NCBI GenBank assembly: GCA_013265495.1
Contig: MU058103.1
Location: 310,001 to 372,000 of the forward strand
Length of the DNA stretch: 62,000 nucleotides
DNA from: Vicugna vicugna
Lineage: Eukaryota
Direction: 5' to 3'
A model generated the notes under the pieces. It saw only the letters and a program-made list of their open reading frames with translations. It had not been told where the DNA came from and did no database searches. The first letter of the stretch is position 1. Each line of letters begins with the position of its first letter. A program made the position numbers and the translations under genes. This document shows positions 12,461 to 25,880 of this stretch, piece after piece.

Positions 12461-13714
12461 TTAGGAACACTCTGACTTCCAACATAATTTTAAAGTGTAA
12501 AGAGTCAAAGCTATTCCGTCTTCAAGAAAGTGTAACAGAATGTATTAGTGAAACAGATATAAATTTGATAATAAATCATGGTGTACTGCTGCATATACGT
12601 TCTTTGAAGTATAGAAACATGATTAAAAGTTCAAGAGCTGTAAAAATCATCTGTGTGGTACAACTTCAAGCTTCACTACATACAAGTTATCAAACTTAGA
12701 GTAGCATGATTGACTACTTTGGGCCATATTTATCTGTAAAGTGGGGTTAGTGTTATTTATGATGATTGTGATTGTGATTATAAAAGTCCATAATATGTGG
12801 AAATCACTTAGCATTCTCTGGTATATAAGAAAACTTTAAGAATAATTTTGTCAATGTTATTATTAATAGTTTTAGTAGTAGTAATATTTAATCTGTTTCT
12901 AATACTAGCTTTCTAAATTAATGGATCTAGCCCACTCATTAATTTTTCTGGTGCTACCAAAAAAGGGGCTGTTTATGATGATCAAGGAAAATAATGTTTG
13001 CAGAGATCTCAGAATGGTTCATGGAAGACAGTGGATGCTGCTTTTTTTTCTGGTCGCCCTTTCGTTGTCCGCAACAGGGGTATGATTTCGGTGTTTTGAA
13101 ATAGGAAATATTAAAATGAACTGGTTAGTCTGAGCAGACATAGAAGTGAGATTTGAGAGGTTTCCAAGTTTGACAGTTGTAGACAAATGGAGATGGGCAA
13201 AGTTCACAGAGGAAGACTGTGTGTCAAGTGAAGAAGCTGAAAGGAGTAAGACAAAACATGTGTTGGGATTAAAAGGAAGGATGCAAGGTTGGATTGAAGG
13301 TATGGAAGGCTACCTGGCTGGGTAGGGTGGCCGAGGGTACATACCAGTCCAGGCTGCTGGCAGTGAAAGGTAGGAATGAGGTAATGACATGTAGTTATTG
13401 TGGTGAGTGTGGTGATTAAGGTAAAAAAAGAAGTGGCTTTGAATTAAGAATTCTAAGTGTGTGTTCAGAGAAAAACAAACTAAAATGTATTTTGTTCTGT
13501 GTTATCTTAGTGAAACAAATGGTTAGTTACATTTTAAAATTTTGCCATCACTCTTGACATCTTGTAGATACAATCTGAAAATATAAGGGCAAGGCAAGTT
13601 GGAATAGAGTTGGTAGACAATGTTAAAACATAATGTACGAACTATGTCTTTGATGTTTGTATTGTTTATAAATGTTAGGAGTTTGAGTATCATTTAAGTA
13701 TTATACTGGGCCAA

Positions 13715-14075
13715 GAGACAAGAATGGTATTCACTTCCCAGTTCTGCCAATTTCTGAGTGTGTGACTTTGGACTCATTGTTGAAGTTTTCCTAGCCTTGG
13801 CTTCCTCATATGTTATACCTAGGAGTTTTCTGAAAAACATATCTAAGGTTGCTGACCTCCAAGGATTATTGTGACATGTCTGATATCTGAGATTTCCTAA
13901 ACTTGTCATATTGGGTGGGCCATTGACCTTTCCAAGTCTCATTTTACAGACCTGGAAAGTGGCATTCATGTTACCTGCTTTGATTAATGAGTTGTTGGAT
14001 GATGGAGTCAAATAGAATTAGTAGATCAGAAAGTGCTTTGAAAATGGCAATTGCTGTATAAATATAAAGCATGGT
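13715..14075 (+). mobile_element. MIR fragments
   Basis: cccagttctgccaatttctgagtgtgtgactttgg..cttggcttcctcat; second piece ending aaagtgctttgaaaat. Confidence 0.55.
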
Positions 14076-14689
14076 CATTACAAATTAACACAGATTTACT
14101 GGCTCTGGCTCTGCATAGTAAATGAAAGGAGTGAAGTTGTTAATTGAGAAGAAACAGGAGTAGCCACCTTTCTCACAGAGGCTAATCCAGAATTTATGTT
14201 GTCTAATACTGTGGTTAATTGATTGGGGTTGGATCTGGTGAGTAATTAAGTTTAGTAACTGTCTGCCAATACAATTTTCTACCTCCTATCACGTTAAATC
14301 ACTAACAATGAACTCAGATTCAGGGAGAATATAAACTATTGTATGACCCACAGCTATAAGAAGAACAAATACATCAAAATCATTGGGAATGAATGAGAGA
14401 GGCAGGTGTTGAAATTTGGCAAAAAAGGGAAAGTTTGGAGCACAGTTCAGGAAGTGAAGGTATCGGATTCAAAGTCAATGATCTTTCTTTACTCATTCTG
14501 TCGAAGGAGCCTATTCACAATTTCCCACATGCAAAATGCAAAAGACATCTCTCTGTCTCCTGCTTTTTCCTTCTCTCTCCCTCTCTCTCTGTCTCTTCCT
14601 ACTTAGAGTTCTGTCAGTCTCAATAGTTATGGTTATTTTTGAACATTTTTCTGATTGTCATCAGATCTGCATGTTGATAAAAACAGGTA

Positions 14690-14880
14690 TGGTGCTGTGA
14701 AAAGAATCTCAGGTATACAAAGAGAGAGACTCGGGGTTTAAATCCTCTCTCCATCAATAAGTGAGTAAAATTTCTGAGCCTCCATTCCCTCCTCTGTAAA
14801 GCTGCAGCACTAACTTCTACCTTAAAGTGTCTAGGCAGGGAAATCATCCAGTACTGTGTCTAATTCAACGAATATTATTT
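14690..14880 (+). mobile_element. MIR fragment
   Basis: gggtttaaatcct..tctgagcctccattccctcctctgtaaa. Confidence 0.6.
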
Positions 14881-15599
14881 TTTACTGTTTTTCCCCCTTC
14901 TTCAATCAAGGCTTAGATCGTACCTTCCCTGTGTTTGGTTCTTTTTGTAATATGTTGCTGTTCTAGTGATTTCTCTGCCTTTTCTCTTGTCCCCAGGGAC
15001 ACTTGTACCATCCATTTAGGAACTTGCCTACAAACTTTCAATCTAATACTTGCTTACAAATCAACTTCCCTAGGGTGCTGACTTCAGAATCATGTAATAA
15101 TGTTGGATCAATAGTGAGAAAATTAGCCCAGCTCTTGATGACGAAGGATAGATAAGTTTATAGAGTAACTCCGAGTTTTAATGAAGTAAGTGGGATACTC
15201 CCTCATTTTTATAATAAAATAAATGCCAGGTAAAATAATAATGAAACACCTTTACTTATCTTGACACATTGGCAAATATTAACACATTTGCTCAGAATCA
15301 CTGTTGGCAGGATTGTGATTTCGTTCAACACCTTGGGAACAGGGGGATAAGGTGTGACAATGTGATTGGAAAGGGGCCTGTTGCTTATGTGTTGAAGCCA
15401 TGCTTGCTTGACAGGCATGACAATTTTACTTAGACTCTATGTTTACGTGAGGATGTGGGAGACACTGGAGAAAAAGGACTTGTCTAGCAATGGTTTGAAC
15501 AGCAGACTTTTTTTTAAATAAACTGATTTTCTGTGTTTATTTGGAGTAAATTAGGGGGATTTTGAATTTTGAAATGGTCAATCTACAATACAGTCATGT

Positions 15600-16230
15600 T
15601 TTAAAACTGTCATGGGTGTGAAGACAAGTTGTCAGCTTCTATCAACATTTACAATGCATAGACCTTTTAACCTGGTAACTTCACTTTTGGGGTTCTGTCC
15701 TACAGATGTGCACACAATAATGTCTCCAAAATGCGTGAAAAAGGTGCTTGTGGCAATATTATTTGTAACAATAAAAAACCAGAAACTATCTAACTGCCTA
15801 ACAACTGGGCCTGATGAAACACCATCATAAATATGGAACGCTTGGAAGCTCTCATATAGTAAAAGTGGATTTATATATACTGTAAGCATCTCTAAGATAA
15901 AGTGAACATACATACCCACCCACTAAACAAAGAAAAATTAAAGTCCAGATAGAATACATAATACTCCTTATTTTTGTAATATCATATGTAGATTGGTAGA
16001 TAGTCAGGTATATATGTATCCATGCATATATATTTGTACAGTTATTCAAATGTTGTCTACTTTGTGCTACAAAGGGGGAAAAGGACAGGAACAGAGACTG
16101 CTTTGAAGAATACTAAAATCTATTAACAGAAGATTGAGGCAGAGGATCTAATGGGAAAGTGATACTTAATTTTCACTGCACACCATTTGAAAATTACTTT
16201 TTATCATATATATTTTGAAAGATCATTTAA
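15600..16230 (+). mobile_element. Old L1 (L1ME-like) 3' end
   Basis: gaccttttaacctggtaacttcactttt..gcaatattatttgtaacaataaaaaaccagaaactatctaactgcc. Confidence 0.6.
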
Positions 16231-17959
16231 TAAACAGTTTTAAAATATCCAGTTTAGAGACAAATGAATTCAGAAAATCAAAGCATGATTCAACAAGTAG
16301 AAATGTTTTAGTCTTTAACATCAACAGTCATCATACTACTGACCAATTTAACACAAATATGTATTGAAATTACACTATGGACATTTTCAGGATTAGGCAC
16401 AATCCCATTTTTAAAAAAAGTTAACAGAACATATCTGTTTAATGTTCACCAACTTGCAAATAACAGGCCTACCAAGATGTATTTAAAGTCAATAAAACAT
16501 ACAAAGGAAATGTAGGGCTCAATGAAGTTAAAATTAGTAAATATTTATTTAATACTCTTGATGATTGATCAAGGTAGTCTATAGATACAATTTACGTTCA
16601 GTCTCTCTTGTTTCCACACTAATATATCAATTATCTCTGTGTACACTGTGAGAATCATGGAAGCCCAGTGGTTAACAAGTTTATTATTGTGTTTTTATTA
16701 AATACAGATGGAAACTGTAGCAATCTAATTAAATCTGAAATCCAGTTGCCTTTGAAGGAGGAGGAACTTGTTCATAGCTGTTTTTCTATTCCCATTTCAA
16801 CATGCAGAGTTGCTTTCAGTCAAATACATTTATTTCACCAGGAAATGCCCATGGTTGCTTAGTTATACCCTGGTTCTTTTCCAGCAATTATTTTTCTAAG
16901 GCAGCTGTTGTTTTCATGTAAACTGACTATAAATAGGAAATATGGTACACAAATATTTAAATGCAGTTAATTAGGAAAAATTAAAAATTTTAGCATAGAT
17001 GTATATTTATAAATGCCTATGCCCATAGAAACAGCTTTTGCATAATCATTTTTTAAGAATTAATGTGAATTAAATTAAGAGGATAAAAGATAAAGAATTA
17101 AAGATGATATGTTTACATGGTAAATACATGACATGTTTATTGATATATGGTTCCCTACTCCAAGTGTCTGTGTGTGTTGGATTTAAAAGTTGGAGTTCCA
17201 CATGAGATTAAAAAAAAGTGTCTTGTGCTGAGGTATTTAAAATCACAAATCATCCTCCATAGTTGACTAGATATCCATTTTCTGATTTATTATCCCATCC
17301 TGAGTGCCTCTGAGAAATTAAATAACCTTCACAAGTTTACACGTAAAAGCATGTAAAAGCAGGACTTCCTTAGAGTCAGATACCAGTTCAAAACAGTGGA
17401 AAAACTTCCTAAAACCAAGAATATTAAAATATGGGATGGTCTATATGTGAGAGTCAGCTCTGTATTTCTTAAGTGTTTTTAAAATTATAATAATCACTTG
17501 TCAGAAGTGCTTCATTACTGCTTCTGTGGCCAATTCATTGTTTTTAGTAATTCATTGATCTTCAGGAATTGAGATTTTATGTTGTCTCATTTAAATTTTT
17601 AAGTTGTTTTATCATCTCTGATACCTTTCTGTTCTGCTTGGTTTTGGCTGTGCTTGGAGTCAAACTGTTTATTGTGTTCATGCCCAGACAACTTGGCCTA
17701 AGAAAAGCAGACCTTTTTTTTTTTTCATCTTATCAGTGTCCCATGCACATGCACATGCTCTTTGGCACATTTAAGTGTTTAAAGTTGAATAAATGAAGAA
17801 GATTAAAAAAAAATGTCATTGTCAGAAATGGTGTAGATATTTTCCTGCAGCAGGGGAGACTGAGGAGGATGTGGTTGTCCTAGAGTACACCAACTACTTT
17901 CCAAATGGAATTGAGTATGAATCTAATGTACACACATAGAATTGCTAATTCAACAGGTA

Positions 17960-18108
17960 TGAGACAATATTTAAATTTTGTATTTAACAGTCAATGCCTG
18001 GGCTCCAGTTCCAAGTTTTGACTCATTAGGTCAGGTTGGCCTGAAGCAATGGTATTTCCAAGAAGTCCCCAAATGATGCTGACATTGCAGGCCCAAACCA
18101 CTGCTCTC
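17960..18108. mobile_element. MER5A-like MITE fragment
   Basis: atgcctgggctcc..tgactcattaggtc..aagtccccaaatgatgctgac..aaccactgctct. Confidence 0.5.
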
Positions 18109-18339
18109 AGATATAGCATGACAGATTCAGAGTGAATGTGTGCTGAAAAATTCAAGTAAGTTAATCATATTTCTTCATTATAGTTGTCATCTTCCTATTC
18201 TTCTACATCAGTGGTTGCCAATGGTTGCATATAGATATACATATGAAAATATGTATACAAGTGTATATACATATATACACACACATATATATAATACATA
18301 TATTTATAAATATTTTTAGGTGAGATGTGTGCCATTCCA

Positions 18340-19640
18340 GTTCACATCAATATGCACACTAATACCTCACTCCTCTATTAAAATACACACTTATGTTACT
18401 TACGTTTTCCAGGAGGTTTCTGACTCTGTGGATCTCACTGTGCCCCTTTGGGTAATTATATCCATTCTTATTGTTTAAATTACCAATTGTAGTTTAACAA
18501 AATTTCAAATCTCTTCTACCCAGAGATTTCTCACTCATATATACAGCTGACCCTTGGACAACTGCAGTAGTTGGGGGTGCTGACCCTCTGTGCAGTGGAA
18601 AATCCCTGTATAATTGATAGCCAGCCCTCTGTGTCTGTGTTTCCTCCATATCTGTGGTTCCACATACACAGATTCAACCAACTGCAGATCATGTCATACT
18701 GCAATATTTACTATTGAAAAAAAATTAGTGTATAAGTTAGACTCTTGCAGTTCAAACTCATATTGTTCAAGGATCAACTGTATTAAGTGCCTTCTATCTG
18801 TCAGGCATTGTGTAGAGTGTTAGGCGCCTCCTACTTACTGATATTTCAGGAAAAATATTCTAGTTGTTTATATTCAACATGGCTCATATCCTACTCCTAT
18901 TGCTCACTACTTAACAGATAGGTGTCTCTGGTCATCTGTCCTCTGCTATAAATTATCCCTTGTATTTCTCTCTAATCCCTATACCTGATCTAACTTCCTT
19001 CTCTTTCTGTTAGTGATGGCCCCTTCTATCCCTCTCTTATGCCATAAGAATAATCAGTTCTATAACTACCACAATACTCTACACCCTCAAATTTTCACTG
19101 AGTATTTCCCATACCTTAACATTGCTTTTTCTTCTGTGAATCCAGTTTATTCTACAGTCCTTTCAAATGGAACCTCCTTATTTTTTCATATCTTATATAC
19201 TTCAGTATTCAGAATTGAGTTCAGTGTCCTCCTCAGCTTTTATTGCTTTTCCAAATAAACTTTCCTTCATGGGTCTGTAAAAAGTCTGGCTTCATTGAGG
19301 TTCGGCCACACCATCCTCTATCACATCCTTGTTGATAACTTCTGATCATGCCCTTTATTCACTGAGGAAGTTTAGACCCTCGCTGCTTCTCTCTATACTC
19401 AATCCTCAAGACTCATCATTTTGTGTCTTCATTCTCCTTGTGCATGACACATTCAATGTTCTGACCCTCATCTTGGCATTTGCCAGCCTAAATTATAATT
19501 TCTTATAGACTTGTCAATAAAATCATAAAAAATAAAGTCCTTTCTTTGAAAACTCTTCTTATCCCCCAATTACCTAGCAGATACTGTTGAGTGGTATTGT
19601 ACATTTGTTGAATAAATGGTTAAATGAACAAGTGAATAGT
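18340..19640 (+). mobile_element. Degraded L2 region containing the MER8-like insertion
   Basis: Pyrimidine-rich L2-like segments; 3' end acatttgttgaataaatggttaaatgaa. Confidence 0.4.
18544..18780. mobile_element. MER8-like TcMar-Tigger MITE
   Basis: TIRs CAGCTGACCCTTGGACAAC / ATTGTTCAAGGATCAACTG; TA dinucleotides at 18542-43 and 18781-82. Confidence 0.85.
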
Positions 19641-20004
19641 ACCTTGAAAGTGTGTCAGGGTTACAGAATAAAAGTTTTTTGTGTGTGTTAGTTTCTAGCA
19701 GGGGAAAATTGAAAATATAGAAAAAGAGAAAATAACCATTAAAGAGGGAGAAAATTGCAGAGGAGGAGAGATTTCACTGAAGATGCCAGTGGAATAGTCA
19801 ATAGGGTATCAATACCTCCAAATAAGTATGGTTGATATAGATGGTAATGATAATGAGAATAAAAGAAAAAAATAACAGAACCAAAAAATCTCTTCCCAGG
19901 GAGGTACAGGAGAAGAAAATATAATACTTGGGAATAATGTTTGCAAGTTCTAAAAAAGGGAAATGAAACTAAGCAAAACATTGTCAACAGAAGAGTTTGT
20001 AGAT

Positions 20005-20245
20005 TCATTACTTACCTGTTGCTGCGCAAAAAACTTACCCAAACCATAGTGGAATAAAACAAAAATAGTATTTGTTACCTAGTATAGTGTTTGTGAGGCA
20101 GGGATGTAAGAGCCATTAACTGAATGGTTCTGGCTGTAGTCTGAAGTTGTAGTCATTTGAAGGCTTGACTGTGACTGCAGGACCTACTTCCTAGGTGGCT
20201 CTTTCACATGATTGACAAGTTGGTACTGGCTATTGGTAAGGACAG
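20005..20245 (-). mobile_element. MaLR MLT1-type LTR fragment
   Basis: ttacctgttgctgc..aaacttacccaaaccatagtggaataaaacaa..gtcatttgaaggcttgactg..ttggtactggctattgg. Confidence 0.65.
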
Positions 20246-20479
20246 GATCTAGTATTCTATTTTTCGATGAGAAAAAAATGTTAAAAACGTTAAATAACTT
20301 GTCCATGATCCTACTGCTTGTATTTGGCCGAGCCAGGATTTGATCCAGACAGTCTTTAGAGAGTTGCCTTCTTGACCACAGAGCTACTGGCATGTACATT
20401 ATTGATTGAATCAGTTGATACATAAATAACTTGGACTGGGAAACAAACATACAGAAATAACTAATTTACAAGGCGTATT

Positions 20480-20900
20480 GTGATATATTTTCTTTATGTG
20501 TTTATTTACAAGTATGCCAGGCTTTAGATGAAGTGCTGTGGGGGCAACAAGACATTGGCTTGTGAGGGAAGATGCCACATACATGAATAATTTTAGTACA
20601 CTGGGGTGGTCAGAGTTAAAGAGCAAGCATAGAATATTATTGTGGAAACTTAGACCCTAAGAACCCTAAGAACTAAGCTCCCTGGAAAAGGCAGTATCTA
20701 ATATGATTTCTGAAAGGTGGTAAGGGTGCTCAAGTAATAAAAATTTTGAGGAAAACATCCCAGGCAGGGCATAAGCAGCAAGAACCATTTAAGAATTTAC
20801 ATGTTGTTTCCAGTGGCTTCATGTTGCTGGAGCATCAAGCAAAAGCCAAGAACTTTAAGAGATAAAGTCAGCAGAACCAGGATCTCAGAGTTCTCAGGTC
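20480..20900 (-). mobile_element. L2 fragment
   Basis: tttatttacaagtatgccaggc..aaacatcccaggcagggcataagca. Confidence 0.45.
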
Positions 20901-21295
20901 AGAATCGAAACCAATAACAGAGAGAATGCCTTGTGGCTAGACTGGATTTGAGCTGAGTTTGGAGTAACTGTGCTCCAGGAAAGAGTTCTATACTTGGAAG
21001 TTGTTCCAGTCAATGAAAATGCTGGGAGCAGAGATAAAAATTGTCTGTGTATTTTCAGGGAACAATGAGGTGGTGAGCTCAAATTAGAAGAGGTATTGGC
21101 ATAAGAATGTTGAAATTACAATTGACAAATAGAGAAAATGAGAAAAACCCAGTCCCAAGCTTCAATAAGTTACCTAGACTGACTGAACCTCAAATCAATC
21201 TATGTAGTTCTACTGCATAGTGAAAATAACATTGACATTGGAAATAGGGATGACAGATTTTGCATGCCAAATGCCAGGCTCATGTCGGTGATCAC

Positions 21296-21545
21296 ATGGG
21301 TAAGGTAGATTAGGAGTTTGGGATTAACAGACACACATTACTATATATAAACTAGATAAACAATAAGGACCTACTGTACAGCACAGGGAACTATATCCAA
21401 TTTCTTGTAATGAGCTGCAATGGAAAAGAAACTGAACAAAAATATATGTATGTGTATGTATAACTGAATTGCTTTGCTGTACACCTGAAACTAACATTGG
21501 AAGTCAACTACACTTCAATTAAAAAATAAGAATTTAAAAAAAAAT
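21296..21545 (+). mobile_element. L1 3' UTR fragment (artiodactyl-type) with A tail
   Basis: GATTAGGAGTTTGGGATTAACAGACACAC..AAGGACCTACTGTACAGCACAGGGAACTATATCCAA..CTGTACACCTGAAACTAAC..CACTTCAATTAAAAAA. Confidence 0.9.
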
Positions 21546-24500
21546 CTGAAAGAAGTTATATTTTTGTTGTTGCCGTCATTACTGTGACTGTAAAATTATG
21601 GCAACACAGAGGGGTATGGAGAGAGGAATTTAGCTGGTTTAAAATGCCTCTGTCATCATGAATATTATGTTGATGAAAGCAGGACTGATTTTAGATCTTG
21701 CCAGCTGGTGACTCAGGATTGCCTTAACTTGGTCTGGATTGTAACATGGACACACCAAATCATTTCTTATGTTGGTGCTCGGACCACAAAGGCAAACCAT
21801 CACTGATGAAGCCTGGAGGAGGTGGAGACACAGGCACGAGAACTCAGCACAGTGCTTTACAACTAAAAACATGGCAGGGAAAAATGTCACTCTCCCGTCA
21901 ATTAGAAGTCTTCCTTGTCCATTCAATGCAGTGACTTCAAAGGTCAGTGAGCTGCTGAATGGCAGGCTTTTGTAAAAATCGAGGTCTTGACTTGTGTTAA
22001 GAAAGATCACATGATATTCTTTGTAAGTGCAATAAGTTGGCTTAGTGCCACATGAAATCCAATGTAGGTAGTCACTTTTTTTTTTTTTACTTTAAATACC
22101 TGTTTTTTGAAAATTAGTGCCAAAGGTGTGCAGCCAGGACCCTGGAGGGCAATCCAAATTAGAGTCAGCATTTACATTTTACAATCACCTAACTAATGAA
22201 ATTATCTTGACCACAATCTCTGGGCTATGAAACTTATCTCCAGGGCTGGTTGAAACTTGGGATACTTTAGCAGACTAACTCTCAAACTCTCTTGCCTGGG
22301 AACGCCAGAGCTGACAGCTTCCTTTTTTTTTTTTTTCCTTTCCACCACTTCAAGCTATTTTCCTTTTATTATAACTGGGATAATCTCTCTTTCTCAAGCA
22401 AACAAGTAAAAAAGATGATATTAAGTGATTTCTTGGTTTTGTTTTATTTTTGTTTTTGTTTCTTTATCATAGCAAAAATTGTTTTCATTAGAGTTTATTA
22501 CACCTTTGAGATAATGATTTACTAATTTATTCTAAAGCAGATTTTCTCATTCATTGCAGTTTCCAAAGGAGAATAATTACTTCAAGGTAAATTAATTGCT
22601 TCAAATTATTAAAGCTTTCAACTTCTCCTCAGTGAATATTAAATGTTCTAAATTTTGTGAAGAGGTGTTGATAATATGACTCAGGGTCTATAAAAAAGTA
22701 CAACAAAGCTGTCAAGAAACCAATTAAAATGGTAAAAATATGTTTAAAACATTTTAAAGTAGTCTGCTCTGCAGAAGCATTCAAAACATGATAGCCCTTC
22801 ATTTTAAACAAAGTCTATCTTTTAAAATTATTTAAAAAAACACCTCTAAAACCTTTATGTTAGCATTGATATAACATAAGTCATTTGCCACTAGAAAGGT
22901 AAGCATATTATATAAAAACCAATTTGTGTTTATTTATTTTCTGGTCCAATTGAAACCTACAACTTAAACATATGTTGTTCTATGTTTCTTTGTTCTACAT
23001 TTGGTTTGTAAGAGAATGTGAGGCTAATATAAACCTGTTCTCTATTTCTTGAATGAGCAATATTGAAAGCCAGTTATTATGCCAAACACAGTGCTAGGCT
23101 AAGTTCCTGCCAAGTCCATCTCTGTAGTGGTCCTGGCCATTGCAGATCTCCCTTGAAAATACAGTAGATTAATTTAAAGAAAATACCATAACATGACATA
23201 GCTTAGAGTTGCATAGTGCTTACAGTATATGGACCATATTTATATATTATCTTATCTAATTCTCACAAAAACAACATTAGTTATATATATACTATTTTTC
23301 CATGACTATATTAATTTCCTCTGTGGGAAAAAAATGGAAAATCAAGAGAGAAACTAATTTTTCCAAGATCACAAAACTTGGCTGACTTGAACTTACATGT
23401 TCTAACTCCAAAATTTTGTTGATTTCTCCATCCTCTATTGGAGCCTTTATCGAGTTCTGAAAGTATTAACATTTTAATTATAAATATGGGAATTTGCCTA
23501 ATATCTCTAATCTCTTAAAGAATATTTTTTTTAAATAGGTTCCTATTCTGCCTTCCAGTTGCATTTCCTTCTCCATTTTGTTTTGGTTTAACATGTAATC
23601 ACTTACTTTAAAAAAATTAGGAAACATTTTAAACCATTTCCAAAAAATGAGAAGCCTGTTAATAATAAGTTTTTTAAAAATATCAATACTATCAGATATC
23701 ATTATGAATAATACTTGTCTTTTACATCAGACATTTAATTTCTTTAAAAAATTATAGCTTACTCAACATCCGCAGACTTTTCTGAACTTCATATTAAGTT
23801 ATTTGTCTGACAACAGCCACTTAGATAATAGGGCAAACTAAATACACTTTGTATATTTTTGTCTATAACTGCTTTAGTCAAAGGTCTCTTTTATATCATG
23901 GAATATTTCTGCATTTTTGCATTAACATTCAGTACTAGCTCTTCAACAAATGTAAAACCTACGATGGCAAACTTAGTGCAGATCTAAATATGTGAAAAAC
24001 ACAGTGACTAGATCTTTACAGGAAACAAAGAAGTAAATTTAAGATCCAGTGTGCTATATAAGCTGTAATGTGAATATGAATAATTTGAGCAGGCATAGCA
24101 GCATACAGTGAGAGAGAGAGAATAAAAATGGGAAATTAAAAGAAATGCTACTCTTATGCTGTCAAAGAAAATAGAAGAAATAACTTGAGATAGTTATAAA
24201 AAGATGGGTAACATTTAAACATGTAGACATAGAAGAGGAACAAGATAAAACATTACCCACCAAGTAAAGCCACCAAGGAAGGGAAATATGGGTTATCTGA
24301 AATTGCAGATCCAATCTTGGCATTCTGAAGTAACCCACTCAAATTCATCCACTTGCTAGAGAGTGAAAAATTTCACAAGGTGGACTCCTTTTTTCCCCCA
24401 AAGGCATGGATTTGAATTTTGTACAATGTTAAGAATTAATGTGTATGCTGTCCAAATACTTAGTGAATGAACCTAGACCTGATGGCTCTAAATGGTAGGA

Positions 24501-25429
24501 TTCAGTGCACAGAAACTCTTGGTTTAACCTGTACGGTCTTTGTCCAAGTGTTAAAATTGTCTAACTTTTAATAAATCAGAAACTTTTTTTGTTTTTTTTC
24601 CTTGAAGATCTAGTTTTTTGTCCTTTGTTGTAAAGAGGGAGGAGAAGGAGAGTAAAAAAGTAGTAGTGGTAGTTCTGACAACACGTGGGCTGGTGATCCT
24701 TTCACAACGCATCTGTTAGAGCTTAATATAGCTGCTGCTCAGGGGCAGGAAAGGTGCTTTCCAATCAGCTTCAAATCCACCACTCCCTATTGCTCTTCAT
24801 ATCCTTTCATTCTCATTAGCCTGATATCTCTAGGAGTTGAAGTCTTTACTTGCTAAAGAGAAGTCTCTCTCCCCAAGTTTACTCCAGTCTTTTTATATCT
24901 TGTTTATCTAGGAATTTAAAAAGCAACAAATGCCCTGCTTTAAACCTGAAATAGCCTACTAAAGAAAGATAATTATCAAAAACTTCAAGTGAAAATTATA
25001 AGAAATTACTTGGTTAATGGCCAACAAATATTTGTTTCTATATATTTGAGTGGAGTTTTGAGCTCAAGTATGGAATTTTGGCTCAGATCTACGACTTGAA
25101 GGGTTCTACTTTATAGTCTGTACAGAAATAACTGTTATTTGGGATACTGTTTTATTGAGTGGCTATGGTCAAGTTACTATATTATAAAGCTTGGGGTAAA
25201 CAAGTGAATTGTTTGCAATTGTTGCAAATATCAACAGATCAACATTGCTTCATTTGGCTTTTCTGTATTTTGTATGCAGGAAATCAGTACCTGCATTTAG
25301 TAAATTTCAACTGGAGCATTCCTTGGTTAGGCAAATTAGTTTTGCTTCTTTATTTTATGAGTGTTTTGCCACTTTTTAAAATTCTTACATCTGTTTGCTC
25401 ATCCCAGCATTTTTATAGACACAAACTAA

Positions 25430-25880
25430 ATACCTAAATTCTTCAGACCTGTGCTAGGCAGTTGTAAAGTATTATCCCTAATGTTAAGGACCTCGCACTC
25501 TACTGTAGAAGTAGATATGCAAAAATGCAAATACAATAAGGTCATAATTATATTGTATAAAAGGAAGACTGTGATTTGCTATAAGTTTATGAAGAGCCAG
25601 AGGACACTGGACTTAATAACATTTTGAGTTTGGCTATTGGCACAGGGAAGAACAGTCTAGATAGAGTGAACAATGAGGAAAGGCATGGCAAGTTGGGTGC
25701 CCCGGCAGCTGGGGATGGCTGGGTGTGGAGAAGTGATGGAGGATGAACCAGGAGGAGAGGGAGAAACACACCATAGACCTTCTAATGAGCTACAGGGAAG
25801 AATTTGGTATTATTCTCTAGATGATGAAGAATCACTACAGAGAGTTACGTTACAGGAGAAACATGCTCAAATTTGACTTT
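25430..25880 (-). mobile_element. L2 fragment
   Basis: ctgtgctaggca..aaggacctcgcactctact..tattattctctagatgatgaagaatcact. Confidence 0.5.
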
